A stretch of DNA of 64,000 nucleotides, taken from the IMG/VR virus record IMGVR_UViG_3300027733_000047; one strand, written 5' to 3'. Of this stretch, positions 17,691 through 27,932 are shown one piece after another. The translations under genes were made by a program, and so were the position numbers. The DNA comes from a virus (Duplodnaviria; Heunggongvirae; Uroviricota; Caudoviricetes). The number at the start of each line of letters is the position of its first letter. The first letter of the stretch is position 1. The notes beneath the pieces were generated by a model. The model made no database searches, was not told the DNA's origin, and worked only from the letters and a program-made list of their open reading frames with translations.

Positions 17691-18060
17691 AGTTAATTTG
17701 TTTTAATTGTGAGATACAAATATAAGATTAATTATTCAAACTACCAAATATTTTTTGAATTATTTTTTAGATTAATTAGTTTAAAAAAAGAAGGCAAGGT
17801 AGAAACCTCGCCTCGTTTTTAATCCGTACCCTATAAAAACTAACTTTTCAGTTAATCAATGCGAATATACTAAACTAAAAAGAAAATGTCAAGTATATGT
17901 AAATTATTTTTTTTGCAGAATAAAACTGCCTCGCCTTCGGTAGCAAACCCACTATTCAGCAGTTGACCGTTTTGGTTATGTATTGCAAACCAACCCTCAC
18001 ATTCGTATATTATAACTTTCATAATGCAAATATAATGCTTTATTTTTAGATTACCAAATT

Positions 18061-18357
18061 TTATTCCCCACCATAATAAACTTTATAGTATCTTTCATCA
18101 CCTATCAATTCACTTGTAAAGTGTTGCATTCTACCTGTATATTCATTTGGCGAACGTCTTACGATTTGAAATTCAAGGTTTTTACCTTCAAATACTAATT
18201 CCAGCTTTTCTCTTACTTCACTTGCAAATTCCTTGTCTATATACAATTCAGTTGTACGCTCACCTTTATCCAAATTGTTTTGAATTTGCTGAATTTGTTT
18301 TTCAAACAATCTATTAATTGTTTCTTCCCTTGCTGATTTGTTTAGTTTAAATTCCAT
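18061..18357 (-). CDS. hypothetical protein
   Basis: 98-aa ORF. Confidence 0.55.
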   Translation of the reverse strand: MEFKLNKSAREETINRLFEKQIQQIQNNLDKGERTTELYIDKEFASEVREKLELVFEGKNLEFQIVRRSPNEYTGRMQHFTSELIGDERYYKVYYGGE

Positions 18358-18560
18358 ACTTTATTTTTTACGTTTAGATAATGTAATAGGGTTTACCGAT
18401 GCTTTTGATGAATAGGTTAATTTGTCTTGAAATAAGAAAATGCTTTTAGCCATTTCATCTGTAAATAACTCAACAACTTGTTTTGGTTTTTCTACCTTTG
18501 TATCTTTCTTTTTCATACTGCAAATATAAGACAATATTTTGTAACTACCAAATTTATTTT

Positions 18561-18594
18561 AAAAAATAGTGGGACTTTCACCCACTTGTTTTTT
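18561..18594. terminator. bidirectional terminator downstream of 18610..19395
   Basis: agtggg-actttca-cccact flanked by T/A runs on both strands. Confidence 0.6.
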
Positions 18595-18609
18595 ATCATT
18601 ATCAACCTA

Positions 18610-19395
18610 CTACTTTATCTTAAATTCAGCACGATATATATCAATCAAATGTGCTAAAAAATCTGTTTCATTTTCGCTAAATTTAGCATTGGCTTTTGTC
18701 AAATGTTTTGCAGATTTGAGAATGGCTTTGCTCATTCTTTTGTAATCTTTTGACATTCTTAATACTTTAAATAAACTCCTTCTCGCAAATGATTTGTTTG
18801 GTATATCATTCTTAACCAATGTAACGGCATCAAGCATTTCGTAACTATCATCAACATCAAAAAACTTTAAATCACCACTTTTAAACGCTTTACCTTCTTG
18901 GTTTTTTGATGCACCACCCATAAAGATATGTAACAAATCAGTTGTTGTCAAACCCTTATCTTTAATTAATTTATCAAATATTTGATATTCTGGAATGTGA
19001 TAAAATGTACGGATATAGTTATTGTTACTCCACGCTTTTGCAGTATTGTTTAATGATGTAACATATCTCAATACATTCATCAGCGTATCTTCGGTTAAAT
19101 CAACGATAAGGATATTTAAAGGTAAATCTAAACGTGATGCGGCTATGATACTATGTTGCCCATCAGCAATATATTCTTCATTAACCTTACCAAATACCAT
19201 AGTACGAATGATAATTACCTTTGTACCCGCAGTACCATACTTTGAGAAACTCTCCATCAATACCTTAACTTGTGCTTCATCAACACCACGATTGTGATTG
19301 TTAGGTAATTTTGAATACTTTAAATACTCCTTTGGTTTCATCTCTTGGTAGATTTTTAATAATCTCGCAATTAATGTTGACTCTGTTTTTTTCAT
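18610..19395 (-). CDS. ParB/Srx-fold (DGQHR-like) nuclease-domain protein
   Basis: N-terminal LPNNHNRGVDEAQVKVLMESFSKYG...IADGQHSIIAA resembles ParB N-domain / DGQHR motif; promoter 19420-19470; terminator 18561-18594. Confidence 0.45.
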   Translation of the reverse strand: MKKTESTLIARLLKIYQEMKPKEYLKYSKLPNNHNRGVDEAQVKVLMESFSKYGTAGTKVIIIRTMVFGKVNEEYIADGQHSIIAASRLDLPLNILIVDLTEDTLMNVLRYVTSLNNTAKAWSNNNYIRTFYHIPEYQIFDKLIKDKGLTTTDLLHIFMGGASKNQEGKAFKSGDLKFFDVDDSYEMLDAVTLVKNDIPNKSFARRSLFKVLRMSKDYKRMSKAILKSAKHLTKANAKFSENETDFLAHLIDIYRAEFKIK

Positions 19396-19563
19396 TTTGA
19401 AAATGTTTTTAGTGTGATTAATAATGATAGAGCAAATATAATCTTATTTTTTCTAACCACCAAATATTTAATCAATTATTTTTAAAATATTTTTTAGATT
19501 AATTAAAATAAAAAAGGCAAGGTATTACCCTCACCTAATTTAATCTAGAAACCAAACAAACTA

Positions 19564-19941
19564 TTAACTTTCGTAAACTTCCGTAATCTCCTCAATATAT
19601 TCATCAACTGCTTCTTCAACATCAGCCATTACGTTATCAACGATGTCGCTTGTGTTGATACCAATGCTCTCAATTTCAATTTCATTTCCGTTACGAATTT
19701 CAAACTCGCAACTTGAAATATCAACGATGTCATTGTTGCTCATTCCGTCAATAGCATTTTCAACGGCATTTTTTATTTTCTCCAACATTTTTTCTTTGTT
19801 GATAAACCCTTCAAGTTTTTCTTGCTCGGGAACATCAATCCTGTTTACAAGTTGAAGTACGTCTTCTCTACTCCAAATGCTTGGAAACGATGTGTTGATT
19901 GTGTTGATTGCTTCTTCCTTTGTCATTTTTGGATAATTCAT
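19564..19941 (-). CDS. hypothetical acidic protein
   Basis: ORF; promoter 19955-20015. Confidence 0.6.
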   Translation of the reverse strand: MNYPKMTKEEAINTINTSFPSIWSREDVLQLVNRIDVPEQEKLEGFINKEKMLEKIKNAVENAIDGMSNNDIVDISSCEFEIRNGNEIEIESIGINTSDIVDNVMADVEEAVDEYIEEITEVYES

Positions 19942-20006
19942 TTTAATTTAATTTTGATTGTGAGATACAAATATAAGACAATAAATTGAAACCACCAAAT
20001 TTATTT

Positions 20007-20378
20007 TTAAGATTTAAAATATAATTCTCCACTAGCAAACTTTTCTTTATCTAGCTGACTTTGTACAAACTCAACTGCTCTCTTATCAGTTTCATCATAT
20101 ACATACGCTCCATTGCTAGATGTAGGCACAACACTACCATTGCTTAATGATTGGATATAATATCCGTTTATATCATCTAATGGAAGGGATTGTAATGCGT
20201 CAATAAACACATCAGTTAAAATAGGATAAGATATAACCCCACCCGTAAAACTAGATGTGATACCTAACTTCATATTACCACGCTCAATTTCAATGGCTTC
20301 AGTTTCTCTGCCAATGTTTCTTAACCCTTTGATTAAAGGTGCTTTGTACGAACCCGAAGGTGCTTTTGGATAATTCAT
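20007..20378 (-). CDS. hypothetical protein
   Basis: Start moved to MNYPKAP (ATG 20376-20378) adjacent to promoter 20396-20455. Confidence 0.55.
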   Translation of the reverse strand: MNYPKAPSGSYKAPLIKGLRNIGRETEAIEIERGNMKLGITSSFTGGVISYPILTDVFIDALQSLPLDDINGYYIQSLSNGSVVPTSSNGAYVYDETDKRAVEFVQSQLDKEKFASGELYFKS

Positions 20379-20452
20379 TTTGTTTAGATTTAGATTGTGA
20401 AATAAATAATAGAGTGCAAATGTAATCTTATATTTGCACTCTACCAAATTTT

Positions 20453-20701
20453 TTAGTTATTATTATTAAATAAGTTACCCACAACGCTATCCACATTTTC
20501 CATATCTTGAACAACTTTCATTGCTTTCTTTACATCACCTTGTGTAACGTGTCTTAACATTATTAATTGTGAATAAAAGATAATTGCTTTCATTCTGTCA
20601 TCATCTTGACATTCCTTCCATTCAGCGATTGCTTCTTCAAGGTCTTTAACTAATTTTGCTTCGGTTGAAGCAGTTGCCATCATTACTAGCATTGATTTCA
20701 T
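20453..20701 (-). CDS. hypothetical protein
   Basis: ORF; promoter 20725-20775. Confidence 0.55.
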   Translation of the reverse strand: MKSMLVMMATASTEAKLVKDLEEAIAEWKECQDDDRMKAIIFYSQLIMLRHVTQGDVKKAMKVVQDMENVDSVVGNLFNNNN

Positions 20702-20788
20702 AATAATTTGTTTTAGATTGTTAATTGATAGTGCAAATATCGTATTAATAATTCAATCTACCAAATTTATTTTGAAGTATTTTTGGAT

Positions 20789-20815
20789 AAGTTATCCACA
20801 CTATGTTTATAACTT
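20789..20815. promoter_or_regulatory. hairpin AAGTTAT-CCACA..-ATAACTT with a perfect DnaA box (20792-20800)
   Basis: ggataagttatccacactatgtttataactt. Confidence 0.45.
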
Positions 20816-21220
20816 AATTTGTTCAGTATGTGAATTTGTATCAGTTTGCATACCAATAACATTTGACAGTAACTGGTAATTAGTGAAACCCTCTTTGTTA
20901 GGTAAATCCAATTTAATGTTATGCTTCTCAATTATATGCTCAATCATTGTATTCATCATATCATAATCTAAAATGAATTCAGCCAATACCTTTGAAGAAA
21001 ATCTACCCGCTTCCCTGACTAATTGTTTAACGCCAGTGAAGGCTGTATATGAATAACCATTGTTATACTTTGTCAATGGCTGTATTGAAAGATAGTAACC
21101 CCTTCTCTCAACACTACCCGTAAAGTAATTCATTCCACCTTTGTTGTAATATATTTCAACGTCCACGTGTGTAAAACTGCTTTCTAATGTCGGAAACGAT
21201 AATAATAATCTTTTGTGCAT
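20807..21220 (-). CDS. hypothetical protein
   Basis: ORF; promoter 21228-21270. Confidence 0.6.
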   Translation of the reverse strand: MHKRLLLSFPTLESSFTHVDVEIYYNKGGMNYFTGSVERRGYYLSIQPLTKYNNGYSYTAFTGVKQLVREAGRFSSKVLAEFILDYDMMNTMIEHIIEKHNIKLDLPNKEGFTNYQLLSNVIGMQTDTNSHTEQIKL

Positions 21221-21334
21221 AATCTTTTTTTTGCAAATATAGTTTTAAATTTTGTTTCTACCAAACTTTTTTATGTAAAATTTTTAATGGTTTATCGGAT
21301 AATTTCCGATGCTGGTCTTATAATTTTACAATCC

Positions 21335-21354
21335 ATGTACACAATTGTGTATAT
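21335..21354. promoter_or_regulatory. palindrome ATGTACACAATTGTGTATAT (copy 4)
   Basis: Upstream of the 20807..21220 promoter. Confidence 0.5.
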
Positions 21355-21403
21355 GAGTTGGGCTAGGAATCACCCTAGCCCTTCTCTATTCACAATCTAA
21401 ACC

Positions 21404-21859
21404 CTATTCATCAACCTTCTCAATTTCTTCTAATTGCTCTAAAAACTCTTTCGGTGTACCCTCAAATAAAACCTTACCCCTACTAGTTACACACTTTAAA
21501 GTTAATTCCATTGTATCATTATCACCAATTACATAGTAATCGTATTCTTCCCAACAATCCTTTGTACCTGCTGTGTGTAAATAAATGTTACCTGCACCCT
21601 CTTTGAAATTTGCAACCACTTGCGCTGTCAAACAACCCATACCATTAAATAAAAGTTGTGTTTCAGCAAATGAAATACCATTAACCAATTTGCCTTTTAC
21701 CAAAAACTCGGCTAATTGTATTCCGTGTCCACTAGGATAGCCGTCATATTGTCTATACATTACAACAATTTCGGTGTCCTTTACTTTTGGTTTTCTACGT
21801 TTGTCTTTTGGCTGTTCTTTGTACCTTTCAATAAAATGTGTTAAACTGCGTGTTCCCAT
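21404..21859 (-). CDS. hypothetical protein
   Basis: 151-aa ORF; promoter 21875-21935. Confidence 0.6.
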   Translation of the reverse strand: MGTRSLTHFIERYKEQPKDKRRKPKVKDTEIVVMYRQYDGYPSGHGIQLAEFLVKGKLVNGISFAETQLLFNGMGCLTAQVVANFKEGAGNIYLHTAGTKDCWEEYDYYVIGDNDTMELTLKCVTSRGKVLFEGTPKEFLEQLEEIEKVDE

Positions 21860-21925
21860 TTTTAATTTGTTTTAGATTGTGATTTAATAATGCAAATATA
21901 AGATTAAAAAACGAAACTACCAAAT

Positions 21926-22168
21926 TTATTTTGAATTTTTTAATACTTCATCTATCGCAATACGAAGGTCGTTAAGGTCTGCTCTTGTCATAAGTGGTAT
22001 CATTATTCTATTGAACAACATATCTTTTCTTATTGCTCGGCTATCTCTATCGGGGTAAAGGTTATTATCTTCAATAGATATGTAACCAACATTACCAGTC
22101 AATCCAACGGAAACAATATGTCCGTTTGAATAGGTTTGTCTTTGTGCTAATTTTGTTTGCTTAGTCAT
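21926..22168 (-). CDS. hypothetical protein
   Basis: ORF; promoter 22170-22215. Confidence 0.55.
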   Translation of the reverse strand: MTKQTKLAQRQTYSNGHIVSVGLTGNVGYISIEDNNLYPDRDSRAIRKDMLFNRIMIPLMTRADLNDLRIAIDEVLKNSK

Positions 22169-22205
22169 AATGCAAATATAAGATTAAAAAACGAAACTAC
22201 CAAAT

Positions 22206-22451
22206 TTATTTTCGGTTTTTTTCAACATAAAATGTTCCACTACGATATATGCTATCACCATTCTCATTCACATAACGGATTGTTGCGTTACCTGGTAGGT
22301 ATTCAAATTCATTGGTATAATCTTCATAACTATACTTCGCGTAGTTATATTGGATTGTATATTTGTAATTAGTTTGTTGTTTTTCTCTAACAAACATATA
22401 CATTAATATAAACAATGCTACTACCGATAAAATTCCAATTACTAATCTCAT
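22206..22451 (-). CDS. small membrane protein
   Basis: N-terminal TM segment; dominant strand. Confidence 0.5.
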   Translation of the reverse strand: MRLVIGILSVVALFILMYMFVREKQQTNYKYTIQYNYAKYSYEDYTNEFEYLPGNATIRYVNENGDSIYRSGTFYVEKNRK

Positions 22452-22466
22452 TTTAATTTATTTAGA

Positions 22467-22664
22467 TTATGAATTAAATTGTTCAAGTTCAAAAAATTCT
22501 TCCCACTCGTCCTCTGGTAAAAACCCTACAAGATTTTTGGTAGGGCAAAATGAAAGCAAAGCATCTATTGCAGTTGTATCTCCATTGTCAATATCTTTTT
22601 TGATATTATAGATTACCCTATCAATAAGTTGTTGTCTTTTTTCTTCTGCTTGTTCGTTTGTCAT
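22467..22664 (-). CDS. hypothetical protein
   Basis: 65-aa ORF. Confidence 0.45.
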   Translation of the reverse strand: MTNEQAEEKRQQLIDRVIYNIKKDIDNGDTTAIDALLSFCPTKNLVGFLPEDEWEEFFELEQFNS

Positions 22665-22878
22665 AACTTATCTATTATATTTGAATTTTCTATAAAATAA
22701 TGACATCAGTTCTTCATCAGTATAAAACTTTCTTTGCTTACCATTGGTGTATGGTCTTTCATTGGTTGAATACCACGTTCCGTCTTTGTATTGGTGAAAG
22801 TGATTTTCTTTCAACCATTGTAATAATTCTATCATACTGCAAATATAAGATTAAAAAACCAAACTACCAAATTTATTT

Positions 22879-23565
22879 TTAACTTTCTGCAACCAACAAA
22901 TCAGTATATTCTTTTTCAGTCAAATGTCTAACTGCAACCTTATCTTTCTTTTTTATTGGTTTAATTAGAATACAATCACCCTGTCTTATGATTTTCTCAA
23001 TGTTACCTTCTTCAACATCAGTTTGAATAGTCCAAGCTACACATTGAATAGCATTAACTTTCTTAATATCAAAATTCCACCTATCTTCCCACGCAGTAAA
23101 GTTTGTATTATATACACTTCTAACATCAACCCAAATCAAATACTCTCTATCTGTGCTTGTATCTTTACACTTCACAAAATAACAATCTTCCATTTTTTCC
23201 CACGAATTTTTTAACCCTTCGCTAAAATACTTGCCATCAACTTTGTATAGTTCGTAGGTATCTTTGAATTTCTTTGTTACCAACTCACCATTTTCAGCAA
23301 CCCAAGTGGTTTGCTTGTTAATTGCTTTCTTGTTAATCAGTTTAGGATTGACTTCACTCACCAATCTTTCAATACCCAAACAAATTATTCCAACCCTTCT
23401 TTGTTCCAAGTTTTCAAATTGTGCAATATCTTTGAAGGACAACGGCTGAATATCGTTCCATATATCCGATAGTTCCTCAAAAGGACATTCATCACCATTT
23501 TTTAATTTAAGCAATCTGCAACCTTCATTGTAAGGAAATTGTATGTTTTCTATTACTATTTTCAT
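22879..23565 (-). CDS. hypothetical protein
   Basis: 228-aa ORF; promoter 23582-23630. Confidence 0.6.
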   Translation of the reverse strand: MKIVIENIQFPYNEGCRLLKLKNGDECPFEELSDIWNDIQPLSFKDIAQFENLEQRRVGIICLGIERLVSEVNPKLINKKAINKQTTWVAENGELVTKKFKDTYELYKVDGKYFSEGLKNSWEKMEDCYFVKCKDTSTDREYLIWVDVRSVYNTNFTAWEDRWNFDIKKVNAIQCVAWTIQTDVEEGNIEKIIRQGDCILIKPIKKKDKVAVRHLTEKEYTDLLVAES

Positions 23566-23623
23566 TGTATGTTTTTTTTGTTATGCAAATATAAGATTAA
23601 TTTTGTTACCAACCAAATTTATT

Positions 23624-24280
23624 TTAGTCATCACTTTGAGTATAAACAACAAATGTTCTGCTAACTACTAATTTGAGTTTACCTTCATCAATGGTCAATT
23701 CATCAGCATCACGATTTGTTGTATATGAATACCAATCCAACTGCTCACCTTCTGCATTTTCAAAATCGTATTCACACGCAGTATTATCAATCAGTTCAGT
23801 TAATTCAACCATAATTTCATCATCTCTATCAGTCATAATGAAATCTCGGCTAAAATTAAATGTTGCCCTATCACTTTCACCACCATTGATATTGCTAACA
23901 TTTTTAGCAATAAATGTAGCTTGTTCATCAGTCAAATCAATATAAATAGTTTCAGTATATTGTTCGTTATATTCTGCTTCTGCCGATTTTGAATAGGTAA
24001 AACTATGTTCAGCTTCATCTTTGCTTTCGTTATCCAATTCAATATGCACAACACCCCTTTCGCCTTGATAATGTCCGTCAGACGCTTCATAAAAATTTAC
24101 ATTCTTATACACTTGGTCGTCAAAGTAAGTTTCCAAATCACTATTCTCAATGATTTTGTCTTTCTTGTCATAAAAATTGATAGTGGTATCATTCATACTA
24201 TCACCACCACAATCAAATTCAAATTCAGCACGACTAATGCTTAATTCTTTCCATTTGTTTACTGCTTCTTGTAAGTTCAT
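23624..24280 (-). CDS. hypothetical acidic protein
   Basis: 218-aa ORF; promoter 24298-24345. Confidence 0.6.
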   Translation of the reverse strand: MNLQEAVNKWKELSISRAEFEFDCGGDSMNDTTINFYDKKDKIIENSDLETYFDDQVYKNVNFYEASDGHYQGERGVVHIELDNESKDEAEHSFTYSKSAEAEYNEQYTETIYIDLTDEQATFIAKNVSNINGGESDRATFNFSRDFIMTDRDDEIMVELTELIDNTACEYDFENAEGEQLDWYSYTTNRDADELTIDEGKLKLVVSRTFVVYTQSDD

Positions 24281-24333
24281 AATTTATTGTTTTTAGATTG
24301 CAAATATAAGGTTAAAAATCCACACTACCAAAT

Positions 24334-24729
24334 TTATTGTCGTATTTTTTCTAAAAAATCTTCACATATTTTTGTAGCTTCGGGATTGTCTATATCTTTA
24401 ACACCATTACTAAACCAACTTTGTAATTCAATATGTTTTAGATAATCTTGTGGAGTAGGCACAAACTTCATACGGAAATCTTCTGCTATATGTAACATAG
24501 CAATATCAACACTATCAACACTTTTGCCTTCACTATTGATTATGTTATATCCAAATACCTTTGGAATGATTGTATATGCAAACCAAGTATTATGTGTCAG
24601 CATACGACTGCTATTGTTATTCATAGTAGCTTTTGGACTATCTATAAGTTCGTGTATAGCCAAATAATCTTCTACTTTGCCACCCCAACGCTTAACGCTG
24701 GACTTTGAATGAATTAAAGGGTTTGCCAT
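24334..24729 (-). CDS. hypothetical protein
   Basis: ORF; promoter 24745-24790. Confidence 0.6.
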   Translation of the reverse strand: MANPLIHSKSSVKRWGGKVEDYLAIHELIDSPKATMNNNSSRMLTHNTWFAYTIIPKVFGYNIINSEGKSVDSVDIAMLHIAEDFRMKFVPTPQDYLKHIELQSWFSNGVKDIDNPEATKICEDFLEKIRQ

Positions 24730-24759
24730 TGTTTTTAAGTTTAGAATACAAATATAGGA

Positions 24760-25164
24760 CTATTTTTCCAAACCACCAAATTTATTTTTGATTATTTCTA
24801 TTAATTTATTTAGACAAATAAGTTCTGCTTTTTCGTATGAATCTACATCTTCATAATACCACATATGTGCAGGATTACCCATTGTTTTACCTGAAACAAT
24901 ATAACTATATTGTGGTTTGTCCCAATCACCAAACATATTAATAACGTGGTATAATCTATGCTTTTCTCTAAACCATTTAAATGCTTGTTGGTATAGTGGT
25001 GCAGAAAAGTAATCTATTGAATCATTATTATCTTCTTTTAAGTTTCTTAAAGACAATATAAATTGTTGACTTCCCAAGTTATTATAATAACCAAAACAAG
25101 GTTCATCAAAACCAAGTTTTTTAAGTTCTACTGCTTGTTTGTAAGGAATAAATTCTTTGTTCAT
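24760..25164 (-). CDS. hypothetical protein, FIPY...LGFDEPC family (paralog of 38351..38692)
   Basis: Shared N-terminal EFIPY(K/E)QA..LK.LGFDEPC and ..AP...QAF(K/R)WFREK. Confidence 0.6.
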   Translation of the reverse strand: MNKEFIPYKQAVELKKLGFDEPCFGYYNNLGSQQFILSLRNLKEDNNDSIDYFSAPLYQQAFKWFREKHRLYHVINMFGDWDKPQYSYIVSGKTMGNPAHMWYYEDVDSYEKAELICLNKLIEIIKNKFGGLEK

Positions 25165-25284
25165 AATTAATCTATTTTAGTTTTTTTAAATGAGAGGGAA
25201 GTGGAGCTACCACTCCCCAATGTTTCTACTTTTGAATATGCTGGTTAAGTTAACATCACAGCAGAAAGTTCATTTTCGTCTGCT

Positions 25285-25385
25285 TCTCATTTTTTATAAT
25301 GTTCAGATTGTTTTAAACAAGGTTCATCAAACCCAAGTTCTTTAAGTTCTAATTCTTGTTGGTAAGGGATAAATTCTTTTTGCAT
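25285..25385 (-). pseudogene. truncated 5' duplicate of the FIPY...LGFDEPC family gene
   Basis: Region 25318-25385 is roughly 80% identical to 25082-25164; encodes MQKEFIPYQQELELKELGFDEPCLKQSEHYKK then stop; retains own promoter 25395-25440. Confidence 0.5.
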
Positions 25386-25435
25386 TATATTAATTTTAGA
25401 TTGTGAATAGCAAATGTAAGATTATATTTTCAAAC

Positions 25436-25473
25436 TACCAAAAAAAAAGGTAAGAATTTTCTTACCTTTTTTA
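25436..25473. terminator. bidirectional terminator downstream of 25491..25757
   Basis: aaaaaaaaaggtaaga-atttt-cttacctttttt. Confidence 0.65.
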
Positions 25474-25490
25474 ATAGTTTGTTTAATCTA

Positions 25491-25757
25491 TTAATCCCAC
25501 ACTTGACTAATAGTTCGCTTGAATGGATTGTATTCCACTTGCTTACCCATTACCCAATTACCTTTGCTAACTTGTAACGCTTTGTGTTCGTTAGAAAAAT
25601 CGCCATTAGGTTTTTCGTGTTTTAATACACTATCTTTGATAACCTTAATGTTTGGAAATTCCAATACATCAGTTTCCATTGAGAAACCACCATAAAGTGT
25701 GTGCTGATTAATACCTTCACCCTTCAATAGAGTGTGCTTTGTTAATTTTGTCTGCAT
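25491..25757 (-). CDS. hypothetical protein
   Basis: ORF; promoter 25775-25820; terminator 25436-25473. Confidence 0.6.
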   Translation of the reverse strand: MQTKLTKHTLLKGEGINQHTLYGGFSMETDVLEFPNIKVIKDSVLKHEKPNGDFSNEHKALQVSKGNWVMGKQVEYNPFKRTISQVWD

Positions 25758-25794
25758 AATTAAATTGTTTTTAGATTGTAAATATAGGACTATT

Positions 25795-26028
25795 TTATGA
25801 AACCACCAAATTATTTGTAAAAAATTTATACATTTTTGGTGTATAAATTACTTTACTTTCGCCATTGATAACTTGTACTACCTTTAAATATGTTGGTTTA
25901 CCAAATTCATCAAACCTCTGGTGCATATCAACAATACGTGTTATCATATCTTCGGCATTACGTGTTTGAGTTACATAAGTAACAGTTATACCACATTGTG
26001 AGTGGACTTCGTATTTTGTTTTTGTCAT
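25795..26028 (-). CDS. hypothetical protein
   Basis: 77-aa ORF. Confidence 0.5.
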   Translation of the reverse strand: MTKTKYEVHSQCGITVTYVTQTRNAEDMITRIVDMHQRFDEFGKPTYLKVVQVINGESKVIYTPKMYKFFTNNLVVS

Positions 26029-26049
26029 ACTGCAAAGATATGTTTATTT

Positions 26050-26391
26050 TTACAAACCATAAAATAATTTATCCATAGCATCTTTTTGACTAATCAAATC
26101 TTCAACCAACTTAATTGGTAACTCACAAACCTCGCCCAACATGTTGTCCGTCCATTCATCTAAACATATCCCTCTACAAACCTCTACAATGGCAGATTTT
26201 TTGGTTACCTTTATTACCTGATAGTAAGCATATCCATCAGCCACATTGCGCCTGAAATTGCGCCACAGCAACAATCCTTTATCTCGCTGTTCAATATCAA
26301 TACCTTTTAACACATCGTAGTTGTGTTCCGAATTAACTATTGCTCTTTGCCAATCAGTCATATCTGTTGGAAAATGTTGTTTGTACTTCAT
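26050..26391 (-). CDS. hypothetical protein
   Basis: Start moved to internal MKYKQHFPT (ATG 26389-26391); palindrome 26415-26432 upstream. Confidence 0.5.
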   Translation of the reverse strand: MKYKQHFPTDMTDWQRAIVNSEHNYDVLKGIDIEQRDKGLLLWRNFRRNVADGYAYYQVIKVTKKSAIVEVCRGICLDEWTDNMLGEVCELPIKLVEDLISQKDAMDKLFYGL

Positions 26392-26414
26392 ATTATAGTT
26401 TTTAAAATTTAAAA

Positions 26415-26432
26415 GACACAATTGTGTACATA
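26415..26432. promoter_or_regulatory. degenerate palindrome GACACAATTGTGTACATA (copy 5)
   Basis: Right half intact; upstream of the 26050..26391 start. Confidence 0.4.
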
Positions 26433-26434
26433 GG

Positions 26435-26680
26435 TTATAGGTGAGTTTGTAACCCACAATTTAAACATTCAATGTAGGGTTTACCACCCTCTCTAACAGC
26501 AACACTATCACCAGGCAACAACCACCATTCATTGTTGCTACATTCAGGACACTTCGCTTCCTCGCTTCCCATTCTTTCTTCCATTGTTAATTGTTCGCCC
26601 TTTAAATACGGGTAAACTTCATCTAATACGTTACCTTCGATTTCAATTAACTCTGCTCGGTAAAATTTTGGCTTTCTCAT
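26435..26680 (-). CDS. zinc-ribbon protein
   Basis: CPEC...CLNC Cys pairs. Confidence 0.5.
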   Translation of the reverse strand: MRKPKFYRAELIEIEGNVLDEVYPYLKGEQLTMEERMGSEEAKCPECSNNEWWLLPGDSVAVREGGKPYIECLNCGLQTHL

Positions 26681-26701
26681 AATGCAAATATAAGTTTATT
26701 T

Positions 26702-26905
26702 TTATTCAGTAACCTCAAAAACATCTATATCTCTATAATCTATTACCTTTAATCCTTCTGCTTCGGGTAAAAAGTTCTCAACTCCAGTTTTGTCTTCCTC
26801 ATAAAAACAAAGGACGCTTTTGCTTACAACATTGTCCTCGTCATACAAATCAGTATCGTATTCAACCAAAACATTCATACGAATCTCAATAATCTTTTTT
26901 GCCAT
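26702..26905 (-). CDS. hypothetical protein
   Basis: ORF; promoter 26920-26965. Confidence 0.5.
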   Translation of the reverse strand: MAKKIIEIRMNVLVEYDTDLYDEDNVVSKSVLCFYEEDKTGVENFLPEAEGLKVIDYRDIDVFEVTE

Positions 26906-26935
26906 AGTAATTAAGTTTAGATAGCAAATATAGTA

Positions 26936-27355
26936 TTAAAAATCGAATCTACCAAATTTATTTTTATCTTTTAATGAACCTTCAACGACAGCATACATTC
27001 CATAATCAACGGTAATGATTTCACCAATACGTTTGTTATCAACGTCCCAATTATTCCACACCCAATGTGGCTGTTTTCTTGGATTGTAACTTAACTTATC
27101 TTTAACCCAAACCTTCTCAAATTTTTCAAATCTAATTTCAATGCTATCACATATCACCCACGCACATACGTCTTTATTCTCGCCATTGAATATCTTCTCG
27201 GCTGTCTTACGATTGTTCTTTAACTGACAGCCCTTCATAATCAGTTGAACATCACATGGACTATGATATTCAACTCCAGTTTTACTCCATATCTTCCACT
27301 TCATGTAGTTTTTACCTTTGCCTAAATTGAAACGAACTTTGATTTTGTTTTGCAT
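26936..27355 (-). CDS. hypothetical protein
   Basis: ORF; promoter 27370-27420. Confidence 0.6.
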   Translation of the reverse strand: MQNKIKVRFNLGKGKNYMKWKIWSKTGVEYHSPCDVQLIMKGCQLKNNRKTAEKIFNGENKDVCAWVICDSIEIRFEKFEKVWVKDKLSYNPRKQPHWVWNNWDVDNKRIGEIITVDYGMYAVVEGSLKDKNKFGRFDF

Positions 27356-27413
27356 GATTGATTGGTTTAGAAGACAAATATAATCCTATTTATTCAAACT
27401 ACCAAATTTATTT

Positions 27414-27932
27414 TTAAAATCTTTTGTGATATTGGTTTTGTTCCATAATATAAATAATATCTCTTAATGCTCCTTTAAGGTCATCACCATTACGATAGAT
27501 AGGTATAACAAAATTAACAAATCCGTGTCTTGAACTACCTTCACGCAAAAAGTTTTCATCACAAGTTGTTCCGTTAACTTTATACTTCTCATACAACTCA
27601 CCTAACCCCTTAAATTGTTTAGATTCGTAATAACCCAAATTGCTTGACCTAAACTTAATACCTTCCTTATTTACACCGAATGAGAATGAGCCATACCAAC
27701 TACTACCTACACTTCTTTTCATACGAATAATTACACTATCTTGGTCATCAAGAACTTCGTAATTGGTTTGGAATACTCTATCCAAATCATAAATCAGTTG
27801 AAGGGCAAATCCTTTGTTTGCTTTTATTTCATCAATGGCTTTTAGTTTTTCGCTGTCCATTGCATCAAAAAATAGATTGTTGTAATTGTAATTCATTGCT
27901 TTTAGTTTTAGATTATTTAAAGTAGAATGCAA
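27414..27932 (-). CDS. hypothetical protein
   Basis: 172-aa ORF; promoter 27935-27975. Confidence 0.6.
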   Translation of the reverse strand: MHSTLNNLKLKAMNYNYNNLFFDAMDSEKLKAIDEIKANKGFALQLIYDLDRVFQTNYEVLDDQDSVIIRMKRSVGSSWYGSFSFGVNKEGIKFRSSNLGYYESKQFKGLGELYEKYKVNGTTCDENFLREGSSRHGFVNFVIPIYRNGDDLKGALRDIIYIMEQNQYHKRF

